A stretch of 64,000 bases of DNA from Octopus sinensis (GCF_006345805.1 NC_043000.1:95914001-95978000), one strand, 5' to 3'. Numbered from the stretch's first letter, positions 1-13,440 are shown. Made by a program: numbers and translations. Notes: generated by a model from the letters alone, not told the origin.

Positions 1-1412
1 TGCCAGTGTCATTCCTCTGTCAAAAAGGGCGACCGCACATCACCTGTCAACTATCGCCCAGTCGTCTCACTAGCTGTATTGCAAAACTGATGGAATCGTG
101 TGTCAGAGAAACACTCTGGAACTTCTGGAGCTCTCACAGTCTCATCCGACCCTCACAATATGGATTTGTCCCTAACTCCAGCTGCAGTGACCAGCTTGTC
201 GAGTTCCTTGAGGACATTACTCAGATTACTGACAGTGGCTCATGGGTGGATGTTGTCTACCTTGACTTTGCTAAGGCTTTCAACTCTGTGCCACACAAAA
301 GGCTTATGGTGAAACTCTCTGCAATGGGTGTGGGGGATGACCTTTTTAACTGGTTGAAATCCTTCATGCCTCAGCCGAAAGGAGTAGTTACAGTTCTAGA
401 CAGCACTCTACACCATATGAGATGTCATCGGGTGTACCACAGGGATCTGTCCTTGGTCCCCTCTTGTTTGTGGCATACATTAACGACATAGATGCCAATT
501 TAAGGAATGCCACAGTATGAAATATGCAGACGACATCAAGCTGTACCTGAAATCAAGAGGACAGATCCTGATGTCTACAACTCTTTCCTGCAATCAGACC
601 TAGGACACAATGCAGCAATGGATCACAGCAGTGGCAACTGAAATGGCTGCTGTGACAAGTGTACACACGCCATTTTGGGAGAAAAACCCGCGTTCATCAT
701 ACTCCCTCCACAAAACTGATCAAGAAATCTCTCTTGCGCGAGCGTGACCTAGGCATCACTGTCAGCAGTGATTTGCGTGGTCAAAGCATATCTCTAAGAT
801 TGTCAGGAGGCCGAGGGTGTCTTGGCATCACTCAGCAGGTCTTTTGTTAGCCGCTCTCCAGCCATCTATTTAAAACTGTATACAGCTATGGTACGACCAC
901 ACTTGGAATTCGCATCATCATTTTGGAACCCCTATCTTGCACAGAACATTGACCTCCTGGAATCTGTCCAGAGACGTGCAACCAAACGCATACCCTCCAT
1001 CAGACACCTACCATATTCTGAGCGCCTTGTTTCCCTGGGCATGGATTCACTGAAGCTCCGGCGTTTGGCGACGGACTTGTAACACCCACAAAGTTATCAA
1101 CCACCTCACCAACAACAACCTGAACACCTTTTTGATCTCCATGTGTCTAACACACGTGGACATGCCTACAAAGTCAGAAAACAATACAGCTCCCATGACT
1201 TTCGGAAACATTTTTTCACGCTCAGGGTTGCTGAAGCGTGGAATAACTGCCTGCATCAGTTGTTGACTGCCATGACACTGCATCCTTAAAGCCCTCATGC
1301 TTTCCGAAATCCGTCGAAACTACACCTGATTATATATACACTTTAGATGAGTTGTAGTGCACCTGAGCACTGTACACAATGATAATTATTATTATTATTA
1401 TTATTATTATTA
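1..1412 (+). mobile_element. CR1-clade LINE, degenerate RT and 3' end with (ATT)n tail
   Basis: Frameshifted RT motifs QYGFVPNSSC, VYLDFAKAFNSVPH, GVPQGSVLGPLLF, YADDIK, LYTAMVRPHLEF, LESVQRRATK; (ATT)n tail at ~1384-1412. Confidence 0.9.
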
Positions 1413-1424
1413 AATATTAATTAG

Positions 1425-1935
1425 GTGCAGGCATGGCTGTGTGGTAAGAAGCTTGCTTCCCAACCACATGGTACTGGGTTCAGTCCCCCTGCATCACACC
1501 TTGGGCAAATGTGTTTTATCTTCTATCTTTCACTTGTTTCAGTCATTAGACTGTGGCCATACTGGGGCACCTCCTTGAAGAGTTTTCCTCAAACAAATCA
1601 ACTTTTTTAAAGTCGAGTACTTATTCTACAGGGAGTGGATTTGGTAGACAGAAACTGAAAGAAGCCTGTCATAGATGTATATGTGTATATATATATCTTT
1701 GTGTGTGTGTCTTTGTGTCTGTATTTGTCCCCCTAACACCACTTGACAACTGGTGTTGGTGTGTTTACATCCCTGTAACTTAGCAGTTCAGCAAAATAGC
1801 CCAATAGAATAAGTACTTGGCTTTAAAAAAGTAAGTCCTATGGATGATTTGTTTGATGCAAACGCTTCAAGGAGGTGCCCCAGTATGGCCACAGTCTAAT
1901 GACTGAAACAAGTAAAAGATAGAAGATAAAAGATA
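1425..1935 (+). mobile_element. tRNA-headed SINE with an inverted copy of its own 3' tail inside it
   Basis: Head TGGCTGTGTGGTAAG...GGGTTCAGTCCC is shared with many copies in the window; 1514-1628 is the reverse complement of 1803-1931. Confidence 0.8.
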
Positions 1936-2901
1936 TAAGTAGCATTAATACAGAGCAGGTTGGTAGAAATAATAAAACACCAGGTTAAAATGCCTTGTAG
2001 TATTTAAATTAATCCCTCTTTAGTCTGAGTTCAAATCCTCATAGATTAAGTTTGCCATTTATCTCGCTAGAAACAATGGAGAAATACGTATTAGTGATAT
2101 ATTAAGTTTAAACCAGTTACATCTTTTGGACAAAGATTAACTGTTTACCTCAGTCCGAAAGAAATCACAATTTTTTTACAGTAGTAAAAATACTTGCTTT
2201 AGACCTAATATTGTGTGTGATACAAAGCTGGAGCAGTGTTGTGCCTAATTGAAACCAGTTTAGTAAATATAAATGTAACAGTTTTATTCTTCCCTCTTAT
2301 AAATTTGTTTTCTTGTGCCTAAGCATAACTAATACTGGAAGATAACATTAATGTTTCAATTTATGTTTGCTATTTTATTAATGACTCATCTCAAACATAC
2401 AGAAATATAATGATATCAGCCTTTGGAGGTTGGGAAAATTTAGAAGATAAGACTTTATATGATAAGCCTTAAGGAATATGCAAAATGCATGCTAGAATTT
2501 GTGTATGTTTATAGAAGGATAATGTATGTGTGTATGTGTAGGTTTGTGAAGACAAGCGTTTGCATATGCACACACAAACATATATGCAAACATACAACCA
2601 TGCATATATATATCTGTATATATATATGTATACATATATATACAATAAGATGTAATATATTAATATAATAAAAATATACCACATATATTATAATATAGGT
2701 GGCTCATTAGCAATTAAAGCCTAAAGGCAAGTTAATAAACAAGGCTACAAAATAGTACCGACAATTGCTAAAAATAGGAGTCAAAATCACACAAAATAGC
2801 CACACCAAGTATTAACCTCATGAATTGACGGAAAGCAATGGATCCAGCTAAAGCACTTTTCATGGTGAGATAAACTCACAAAATGAAGTAAACAAACACA
2901 T

Positions 2902-2967
<66 letters not shown>

Positions 2968-2984
2968 ATATATATATATATATA

Positions 2985-3196
2985 TTACTCTTACTCTTTT
3001 TTACTTGTTTCAGTCATTTGACTGCGGCCATGCTAGAGCACCGCCTTTAGTCAAACAAATCGACCCCGGGACTTATTCTTTGTAAGCCCAGTACTTATTC
3101 TATCAGTCTCTTTTGCCGAACCGCTAAGTGATGGGGACGTAAACACACCAGCATCGGTTGTCAAGCAATGCTAAGGGGACAAACACAGACACACAA

Positions 3197-3242
<46 letters not shown>

Positions 3243-3395
3243 GACAGGCTTCTTTCAGTTTCCGTCTTCCAAATCCACTCACAAGGCATTGGTCGGCCCG
3301 GGCTATAGCAGAAGATACTTGCCCAAGATGCCACGCAGTGGGACTGAACCCGGAACCATGTGGTTGGTTAGCAAGCTACTTACCACACAGCCACT
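2985..3395 (-). mobile_element. Full-length tRNA-headed SINE (same family)
   Basis: Reverse complement of head, body, internal (CA)/(TA) microsatellite and GACTGAAACAAGTAAAAGAG tail. Other copies at ~30990-31290, 31675-32090, 39290-39700, 43195-43350, 48575-48990, 55555-55720 and 60125-60260. Confidence 0.8.
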
Positions 3396-3414
3396 ATATA
3401 TATATATATCATAA

Positions 3415-4325
3415 TTATTATTGTCTTAATGCCCACTTTTCCATGTTTGCATGGTTTAAATGTCATTTATTGAGTCAAATATTTTACAGTGTAGAGGGTG
3501 CTTTTATGTGCCACTGGCATGAGCGCTAGTCAGACGGTACTGGCAGCGGCCATGCTCAAACGGTGTTTTTATGTGCCACTTGCACAGGAGCCAATCCAGC
3601 GGCACTGGCGATGCTGGTAGAAATCCTGCTCGAATGGTGCGCTTTACGTGCCACCAGCACAGGTGCCAGTCAGCGGCCCTGACAACAATCATGCTCAGAT
3701 GATGCTCTTAGTGCTCCACTGGCACAGATACCAGTCATGCAGTGCTGTCAACGAATTTGATTTCAATTTCGATTTCACTTGCCTCAACAGGTCTACACAA
3801 GCAGAGTTTAGTCTTCAATGAAGGAAAGGTATGCATAAGCGGGCTGGTTACATCACTGGTATAGGCCACAGGTTATGGTCTCACTTGGCTTGACGGGTCT
3901 TCTCAAGCACACCATATTTCCAAAGGTCTCGGCCATTAGTCATTGCCTCAGTGAGGCTTAATGTTCAAAGGTCGTGCTTCACCACCTCATCCCAGGTCTT
4001 CCTGAGTCTACCTTTTCCACAGATTCCCCTCAACCACTAGGGTGTGGCACTTTTTCAGGCAGCTATCCTAATCCATTCTCACCACATGACCATACCAGCG
4101 CAGTCGTCTCTCTTGCACACGACATTTGATGCTTCTTATGTCCAACTTTTCTCTCAAGGCACTTATACTCTGTCGAGTATGCACACTGACATTACACATC
4201 CAGTGGAGCATACTGGCTTCATTCCTTCAAGCTTACACATGTCCTCAGCAGTCACGACCCACGTTTCACTGCCATGTAGCATGACTGTTCGTACACATGC
4301 GTCATACAGTCTACTTTTACTCTGA
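3415..4325 (-). mobile_element. RTE-clade LINE 3' fragment (ORF C-terminus plus 3'UTR)
   Basis: RLYDACVRTVMLHGSETWVVTAEDM matches the RTE copies at 10.8k and 22.9k, with the same 3'UTR. Confidence 0.85.
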
Positions 4326-5879
4326 GCAATACATATATATATACTATACATCTGTATATATACATCTATATAGTTGAAATGAACAGAAAAACAAAAGACA
4401 AAGACAGGTGTATAAACAACAAGCTGGTGTATTAGTTTGATGCTCAGGAAGGTGAGAAAGTCTTTTATGTTTCGAGCCTACATGCTTCAACAGAAAGGAA
4501 AAGAAGGAAATAAACAGAAAGAGAAAAAAAAAAAAACTCGTGGATTTAGCAGTCAATTATCTATACATGTACATCTATACATATGCATCTATACATTTAC
4601 ATCTATACACATACATCTATATACATACATCTATATACAAAATAATTGATGAACATTTTAATCCCACAACAATTTAGGCCAAATTTCGTTAAACAGTTAA
4701 TCAAAAATTATCTTACACTTTGCTTGAGTGGCCTAGGTAAAAATTTATTTGTCTCAACCCATCCTTAGCACATATTCCATCTGTGTATAAAATTTCAAGA
4801 AAATCAGTTGCAAACTTTAAAAGTTATGGTAGAAAATAATATTCATATGAGAATTTGCATTGAAATGTCCAACTGATTTTCAAAAAATCGATGCTAATTA
4901 AAAATAATCAATTTTTTTGAAATTCCAAGTGGGTAAGTGACTGCATGGGCATAAGCCTAACATGTTGTCCAGTTGTATATCACCATCTGGTTCTTGGATG
5001 CCTTTAGTTGGAATTATCTTCTCTTACAAAGATTCAGATCCAATACTTGTTTCCCTCCTTTCACACATTTATTTTATCCTGCAGATGTGTAGGCTAGCCA
5101 TCAGAGACATCAACTCTGCTGGTCTGAGTATGGAAGAACCTGCGAAGGTCATGGATACTCTCTTACCACTTACATAAAACAGGTTATAAAACATTAGAAA
5201 ACTATATGGTCTACTCTTGTGAAGTGTGGTGAGAGAAACAAACCACTTCCAAACATACTTCTCCAATCTCAAATTCTCATTTATGACACCTCATAAATTC
5301 CAAGTGGCCATAAGAATATTACCATTGCTCCATGGAGAAAATACATATTGAAATTACTTGCCAAGTTACAATTGCCAATGATGATTACTAACTTTGTCAA
5401 TTTGACCTGAGGCTTAACACCTTCTTGATAGTGTGGCCTATGCCAGGGGTGTAACCAGCCCACTTATGCGTACCTTTCCTTCATTGGAGACTAAACTCTG
5501 CTTGCAAAGACCTGTTGAAGCAAGTGAAATTGAAATCAAATTTGATGACAGCATCACATGACTGTCAGAGCACCATCTGAGCCTGATCGTTGCCAGAGCA
5601 GCTGACTGGCTTCATGCCAGTGGCACGTAAAAGCACCCACTACACTCTTGGAGTGGTTGGCATTACAAAGGGCATCCAGCTGTAGAAACTCTGCTAGATC
5701 AGATTGGAGCCTGGTGCAGCCATCTGGTTTGCCAGTCCTCAGTCAAATCGTCCAACCCATGCCAATGTGGAAAGCAGACGTTAAACGATGACATTGATGA
5801 TGATGATGATGATGATATATATATATATATATATAGCCACCACATCACAACAAGGAATGGACCTTATGGTGGATATTAT

Positions 5880-7150
5880 TTATGTGACTCAGACAAAATC
5901 TGCAGGGAAACAAAATAAACTTAGAATGATGCTCTTGATGTGGCAAAACCCAACTTGAATCTATCTTCAGTGGTCAACACTGAACAAAAAGAACAACCAT
6001 TAACTATCTAATGCTGTTTTTTTTTTATCTAACTGTAATACATTAAAAGTGAAATCTGTTTGGCAGCTGACGATGGAAAAACATATTTATTATGCTTGTT
6101 TCTGGATTTTTATATTTTAGTGTCATTATTCAGAGTTGTCCTTCATTCTGGTAAAGTGGGAAGTATTTGTTGATTCATGGTTTGTGGTAATTACTTCCAT
6201 TGATATTGGTTGTTTTCCTTCATGGATAATCTTGTTCAGATTAAATAATTCTTGTCATGCTTTAGGAGTTACTGTGGCATACACACACACACCATACATA
6301 CATACATACATAATATCTTATATATGTCTACATATGTTTGTTTTGGGCTTTTTGTAATTCTCTATTAGAGCAGACAAATACTGTTTTTTCAAGTAGTACC
6401 TGTTTTAATTCAAGGAGTCTTTTATTATGAACTTCCTTATTGGAGACAATTGTTCAAATTTTTCTAGTGAGGTTAAATAGAAACTTGGATTTGTTATGTT
6501 TTAGGTGGCATGAAGTAAATAGTAGGTACTGTTTAGAGTCTGTTGGTTTGTAGTAGATGTCAGTTTGTGTCATTGTTTATAATCAAAATGTCTAAGAAGA
6601 GTAGTTGGTTATGACTAAATTCTATTGTGAACTAAATACTGTTATTGAGCAGAAATATGAAATCATTGAGTTCGTGTAGGTTGTATGTCCACAGCATAAG
6701 GCAGGGATCTAAGTACCATTTCCAATTATTTTACAACATAATTTAAGAAGTTGATACTGTACTTTGTTTTGGTTTGTTAATGCATCCGGACTTCTAGATA
6801 TGCCATGACTAAGTTGGCATATGTTGGGGGAAACTTTTGTAACCATTGCTGTCTCCAGGTATTTCTTGGTAGGTGAGTTTCTTGAAAATGAAGAAGCTGT
6901 TTTCAAGAATGAATTTTAATCCCTCTGTGATGAATTGTTTATTAATTTGGTCTGGAATTTCATCAGGTAATTTATTCAGACAAAAAGCTATTGCTTCTAG
7001 CCCATACTCATGTAGGATGGTAAAATAAAGATTTGCTATATCAAACGAAGTGGTTATGGTATGTCTGTTGACTTTTTTGTGGTGGGATGGCCTGATAGGT
7101 CAAGGTCATCCTTTATGAAACAATATAAATTTTAAAAGAGGTTTTAACAG
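5880..7150 (-). mobile_element. Degenerate Penelope-like element (RT remnant)
   Basis: Minus-strand translation gives SFDIANLY..EYGLEAIAFCLNKLPDEIPDQINKQFITEGLKFILEN..TAMVTKVSP, colinear with the PLE RT at 41167-41721. Confidence 0.75.
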
Positions 7151-7421
7151 TTTTAACAAGGAGGTTGCTTAGTCTGTGAATTTCACAGGCTGGGCCTGCC
7201 ATTACCTAATATCAACATGCTATTATGTATGTATGTATGTATGTATGTATGTATCTATGTATGTATGTATGTATGTATGTATGTATGTATGCATGCATGC
7301 ATGTATGTATGTATGTATGTATGTATATATGTATGTATGTATGTATATATGTATGTATATATGTATGTATGTATGTATCTATCTATCTGTCTGTTTGTCT
7401 GTCTGTCTATCTATCTATCTA

Positions 7422-7454
<33 letters not shown>

Positions 7455-7638
7455 ATATATATATTTATATATATATATATAAAATATTAGAAAAAAACAC
7501 CTTTTATCAATTCAAAATGAATAATTAAATTACATCATCTAGAAAATTACATATAATAGAAATGTTAAAATTAAAATAACAATTAAAAAGTATAGATTAA
7601 GTAAATTACAAGAATAATGTAATGTATATAATAGGTAG

Positions 7639-7726
7639 AAAAATGACGTGTTTCGCTGCTATATTTAAGAAATGATTATAGTAGTAGAGAAATCACTTGT
7701 ATATAAATATAGTCGCTCATCAGGTT
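7639..7726 (-). ncRNA. Type I hammerhead-like motif, canonical core, long stem II, weak stem I
   Basis: CUGAUGA-GC..CUAUAUUUA/UAAAUAUAG..GC-GAAAC-AC-GUC; lies upstream of the PLE remnant on the same strand. Confidence 0.55.
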
Positions 7727-9243
7727 AAAATATAATAGAACAGTAAAATAATTAATTAATAAATATACTTTAATATATACATATATATACACACATATAT
7801 AAATATATATGTATATGAAAATTCTAAATATACATAATTGAAAACTAAAATAATAATTCAAAAATTAAATACTTTAAAATTAAATAAAAAACACAAAGCT
7901 ATAAATATTTCTAAATTGAATTCTTTTTCCTTGTAAGTTTGGATTTTATTCCCTCAAATAATAATTATATATATATGATCTGAGAATAGGAAATTTGTGA
8001 GTTTCAAGTTTTTACATCACTGGTAAAGAGAACAAAAAGTGAATAGTATATGATAAGATACAATACATATTTATTGGCAGCGAAATTTGTACACAAGTAA
8101 TGCTGCTAAAAATGCATATAAAAATCGAAATTGAGGGAGTGGAATAGGTAAAATGCATGCTACATATGTTTCTTAGCAAGCTGAAGCTCTTAATGTAATA
8201 TAGTTACGCAATGAGCTATGCTCAACATAGCTAATCAACAGCTGAGATTACTTTAATGAAGATTACATTGTTGTGCACAATTTCAAAGTCAACCACAACA
8301 CAATGGTGAGTTCAACTGAATAGAAAAGCCAGTGGTAAAAAATTTTTGAAAAATTAAAATGCAAAAAAAAAAATCAAAAGTTTAGAAAACCAATGAGAGA
8401 TATAGCAAAGGGTGAGACCCAAAATATGAAAGAGTGAATTGGTTTAGAGTTGAGGAGTAAGAAGAAAAGAAAAAGAGAAGGTAAGAAAGAAGAAAAAAAA
8501 GGAGAAAAAGGTTGTTATTGTTACGGGGTGGGGGTGTATTGTGGTTATAAAAATCTATTTTAGAGATGTGACAACAGATTTCAGCAAACTGCCAGAATGT
8601 CGTCATTCAAATTTATATGGGGTGGTGGAGTTGGGGTCATTCATTCCATATTTCTGTTGAAATACTCTCTCTTTGTTTCAATTAATTTTGAAAGTAATGA
8701 ATAACATTTTCATTATTAAACTGGTGTTTGGAACATAGATTAACATTAGATTTTGATGGAAAGTTTTAATTTAGATCACTTTAAAATAGAAAATGTTATC
8801 ATTGATGCAGAGGTGGTCTCAGGTAGGTTAGTTACAAAAAGGTCAGAAGCTTTAAAACTGCTACCATCACTTTTATTTATTTCTCAATACTTATTACATC
8901 TGTACTATGAAATGTCAACAAGTTCCATCACACTTCAGTAACCTACTCACTAATACAATTTCATGCCTCCCTGACACGTTTATTTCAGTTTCAATCCAGA
9001 CTCTCAGATCAACTCACTTACCAAACAAGCACAATTCTAAAATATGTGTGTGCATACACACACACTCACATATAATTCCCCTGTCAGTATATGAAGATGT
9101 ACTTTTTTGTGGGTCTAAGGGTTTTAACTCTTATTTCTAGCAATATAAGTGCTACCTGGCACCCTCAGTCACAGTTAGTGATAAATGAATATTTCCTTTT
9201 TGGTATATCCAAAGTATACAGTATTATATATCCATCACAGCCA

Positions 9244-9326
9244 ATCTTACCAATCAGTTTCATGCTAGGGGAACAATGGAGTGTTAGGTAACAATCCGAT
9301 TACATAACCCTACACTCATCAGAGGT
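9244..9326 (-). ncRNA. Type I hammerhead-like motif, canonical core
   Basis: ACCU-CUGAUGA-GUG.UAGGG..CCCUA.G.CAU-GAAA-CU GAUU GGU-A-AGAU; stem I has one mismatch. Confidence 0.45.
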
Positions 9327-9576
9327 AGCTGGTATGAAATGAAATATGGCAACTCTTCTCTATTGTTGGATGTGTCAATTCACCTTCAATAATAGAGATC
9401 AGTCACCATATTATATTCCATGTTGGCTGCCTTTGATGAGCATAGGGTTATACAAGTGTATCTTTTTCCTGACTTATGGACTTTTAGATGACTTATGCAT
9501 TATACACACACACGCATATATATATATATATACACACATACATACATACATATACATGCATCCATATATACATATG

Positions 9577-9620
<44 letters not shown>

Positions 9621-9990
9621 TAATCCAAACAAGAAAACACAAAAAAAAAAAAACACAACAACGCGAGGACGTGGAACAAATAAAATATTATTGGACGCTC
9701 AGGAAAGAAGGGAAGAAGGAGGGCCTAACGTTTCAAGCGGAGCTCTTCGTCGGAAACATAGGAGAAGGGAAGACAGAGGAAAAAATATCGCCAACGGTAC
9801 TCACGAGGTCACATTATATATATATGTGAATATGTATATATGATTAGAGGTTGTGTTAGCCTCATGAAGAGATGGTTTCATCCAAGGAAATACTGGTTCA
9901 ATACTTAGTATTTGGGGGGGGGGAATTAATTACCTTAAAATAATATATATATATATATATTCATTAAAAAATAATCATCCTGTATTTTAG

Positions 9991-10117
9991 TTTCCAGTTT
10001 CCACTGGCAGAGATGGTGATGGAACTGTTCGAAAGACTGCATGGATGCCTTCTCGAGATGGACCGTCTGCTCAATATCCAGCTGTTTCAGTACAAACTTC
10101 TTCAGACAGTTCTTCAG
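9991..10117 (+). CDS. NEK11: NEK11-like kinase, internal exon (linker; FPVSTGRDGDGTVRKTAW...SSDSSS)
   Basis: TTTTAG acceptor (alternative TTTCCAG at 9997) and CAG|GTATTT donor; open frame ending in phase 1, which matches the next exon. No direct homology recognised; assigned by phase and position. Confidence 0.6.
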
Positions 10118-10283
10118 GTATTTTATACCATTAATGTAAATTTTTTTATTAGTTGACATTTTATGGTTGTACAGTTAAGAAGCTTGCTTCCCAATCGCAC
10201 GATTTTAGCTTCAGTTCTTGCACAACTCTTTCAGCAGGTGTCTTTCAGTGGATCAGGTAAACAGAACCTGAAAGAAGCCTGTT

Positions 10284-10342
<59 letters not shown>

Positions 10343-10468
10343 ACGGGAAGGTTTACGAAAATAAACAAAAGACGAAGGCAGGTTTACGAAAACAAACAAA
10401 AGACAAAGGCAGGTTGAGTACAAACAAAAAATGTATTAGTATGGCGCTCAGGAATAGAAATAAAACAA

Positions 10469-10508
10469 GTCTTTTACGTTTCGAGCCTACGCTCTTCGAC
10501 AGAAAGAC
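10469..10508 (-). ncRNA. Minimal type I hammerhead, variant core CUGUCGA plus extra A
   Basis: GUCUUU-CUGUCGA-A-GAGC GUAG GCUC-GAAAC GU-A-AAAGAC: 6-bp stem I, 4-bp stem II, palindromic ACGU helix III. Confidence 0.7.
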
Positions 10509-10573
10509 ACACAGAAAAGAAACAAGGAGAGAAAAAAATTGCGTGTAGGGGCTAACGATCCAACATGGCGTGT

Positions 10574-10669
<96 letters not shown>

Positions 10670-10792
10670 TTAGAGACAAAACCACTATTTTGCAAATCAA
10701 ACAAAGAAAGACTTAATCCAATACATAAAAAAATTTAATATAAAGTAAATAAAATTAAATTCGCCACTACAATTGTTTCGATCAAGCTATTG

Positions 10793-12668
10793 GATCAGGT
10801 AATGAAGGTTACGAAAAGGGTCATAGCCCAACTAATTAGAGAGAGAGTTAGTTTAGATGAGATGCAGTTTGGGTTCGTGCCAGGGAAAAGTACTACTGAT
10901 GCTATATTCCTGGTAAGACAGCTGTAGGAGAAATATCTAGCCAAAGATAAGCCCCTGTACCTGGCTTTTGTTGACATGGAGAAAGCCTTCGACAGGGTCC
11001 CCCAATCCCTTATCTGGTGGTCAATGAGGAAACTAGGGATAGATAAATAGTTAGTGAGAGCTGTGTGAGCCATGTACAGGGACACTGCAAGTAAGGTGGA
11101 GGGTTGGCAATGAGTACAGTGAAGAATTCTGAGTAGAGGTTGGGGTCCACCAAGGTTCAGTCCTCAGCCCCCTCCTATTTATCATAGTCCTCCAGGCAAT
11201 AACAGAGGAATTCAAGACAGGATGCCCCTGGGAGCTCCTCTATGCTGATGACCTTGCTCTAATTGCTGAGTCACTATCAGAACTGGAGGAGAAGTTTCAG
11301 GTGTGGAAGCAAGGATTAGAATCGAAGGGCCTTAGAGTCAACCTAGCTAAAACCAAAGTCCTAATAATAAGTAGGAAGGTAGACAAATCACAAACGCCTT
11401 CAGGTAGATAGCCCTGCTCGATCTGTAGAAAAGGCGTAGGTAGAAACTCTATAAGATGCACCCAGTGTAAGCTATGGACACATAAGAGGTGCAGCAATGT
11501 CAAAGGAAGGCTAACTAGGAAGATAGTTTTTGTATGTGGCAGATGCTCTGGTGCAATAAACACAGAAAATGCGCAGAGACCATCTTCCGCCACATTCCAG
11601 GGAGAAAAACTAGAAATAGTTGAGAGTTTCCGTTACCTAGGTGATCAAGTCAGTAGCGGGGGCGGGTGTGCTGAAAGTGTAACTGCTAGAGTAAGAATAG
11701 CCTGGGCAAAGTTCAGAGAGCTCTTACCTCTGCTGGTGATAAAAGGCCTCTCGCTCAGAGTAAAAGGCAGACTGTATGATGCATGTGTACAAACAGCCAT
11801 GCTACATGGCAGTGAAACTTGGGCCGTGACTGCTGAGAACATGCGTAAGCTTGCAAGAAATGAAGCCAGTATGCTTCGATGGATGTGTAATGTCAGTGTT
11901 CATACCCGACAGAATGTAAGTACTTTGAGAGAAAAGTTGGGCCTAAGAAGCATCAGATGTGGTGTGCAAGAGAGACTTCTACGCTGGTATGGACATGTGG
12001 TAAGAATGGATGAAGATAGTTGTGTGAAAAAGTGCCACACCCTAGTGGTTGAGGGAACCTGTTGAAGAGGTAGACCCAGGAAAACCTGGGACGAGGTGGT
12101 GAAGCATGACCTTCGCTCTTTAGGTCTCACCGAGGAAATGACCTGAGACCGAGACCTTTGGAAGTATGCTGTGTCAGAAGACCCGGCAGGATAAGTGAGG
12201 CCATAACTCATGGCCTATACCTGGGACGTAGTCAGTCCACCTGTGCATACCTTCCTTCTTGGGACACAAAACTCTACTTGTGAAGACCTGTTGAGGCAAG
12301 TGAAAATCAAAATCGAAATCGATTAACATCAATGGAATTTGTAGTTGTGATACCAGTGCCAATGGCACGTAAGAGAACCATCCAAATGTGGCCGCAGCCA
12401 GTGCCGCATCGCCTGGCCTCCATGCCAGTGGCACGTAAAAAGCACCATCCGAGCGTGGCAGTTCGCCAGCCTCGTCTGGCACCTGTGTTGGTGGCACGTA
12501 AAAAGCACCCACTACACTCATGGAGTGGTTGGTATTAGGAAGGGCATCCAGCTGTAGAAACACTGCCAAATCTGACTGGGCCTGGTGCAGCCTTCAGGCT
12601 TCCCAGACCCCAGTTGAACCGTCTAACCCATGCTAGCATGGAAAGCGGACGTTAAACGATGATGATGA
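10793..12668 (+). mobile_element. RTE-clade LINE, 5'-truncated, with RT, 3'UTR and (GAT)n tail
   Basis: MQFGFVPGKSTTDAIFL, LAFVDMEKAFDRVP, GVHQGSVLSPLLF, LLYADDL; several stops; ends GGACGTTAAACGATGATGATG. Confidence 0.92.
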
Positions 12669-12694
12669 TATGTATATATATATATGTATGTATG

Positions 12695-12732
<38 letters not shown>

Positions 12733-12892
12733 TGTATATTTATATGTATAAATGTTTAAATATATATGTATGCAAGCATATACCTATGTGTATATGAGGT
12801 TTTATTTCCTTATTTTTTGTGGTCATAAGTGTGGATGGTCTTGAGTTGCATAGGTCCTAAGTCAAGGTGTGTGTGTGTATGTATATATATAT

Positions 12893-13275
12893 GTGGAGGT
12901 GCAATGGCCCAGTGGTTAGGGCAGTGGACTCGTGGTCATAGGATCGCGGTTTCGATTCCCAGACCGGGCGTTGTGAGTGTTTATTGAGCGAAAACACCTA
13001 AAGATCCACGAGGCTCCGGCAGGGGATGGTGGTGATCCCTGCTGTACTCTTTCACCACAACTTTCTCTCACTCTTACTTCCTGTTTCTGTTGTACCTGTA
13101 TTTCAAAGGGCCGGCCTTGTCACTCTCTGTGTCACGCTGAATATCCCCGAGAACTACGTTAAGGGTACACGTGTCTGTGGAGTGCTCAGCCACTTACACG
13201 TTAATTTCACGAGCAGACTGTTCCGTTGATTCAGATCAACCGGAACCCTCGTCGTCGTAACTGACGGAGTGTTTC
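12893..13275 (+). mobile_element. Second tRNA-derived SINE family
   Basis: A-box-like TGGCCCAGTGG and B-box-like GGTTTCGATTCC; a related minus copy lies at ~27905-28205. Confidence 0.7.
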
Positions 13276-13286
13276 CACACACATAT

Positions 13287-13440
<154 letters not shown>

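Noticed and set aside
1514-1931. MITE with 66-bp TIRs
   Set aside because: The arms are the SINE family's 3' tail, and the SINE head and body continue around them.
5085-5177. Extra NEK11 exon after a strong CTGCAG acceptor (MCRLAIRDIN...)
   Set aside because: No convincing donor before the stop codon and no recognisable homology.
7176-7528. Many ORFs rich in YI/YV/CM/HT (also 9346, 13154, 53286, 62536 and others)
   Set aside because: These are translations of (TA)n, (TATG)n and (CA)n microsatellites.
8079-8310. Exon-like segments with GTAAAA and GTGAGT donors
   Set aside because: Stops occur in all frames or the peptides are unrecognisable; the upstream NEK11 kinase and coiled-coil exons were not found in the window.
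12285-12305. CTGTTGA-GGCAAGT-GAAA in the RTE 3'UTR as a hammerhead
   Set aside because: No stem II, stem I or helix III can be formed.
12893-12970. tRNA genes at the SINE heads
   Set aside because: A and B boxes are present but there is no full cloverleaf, and each continues into a SINE body.
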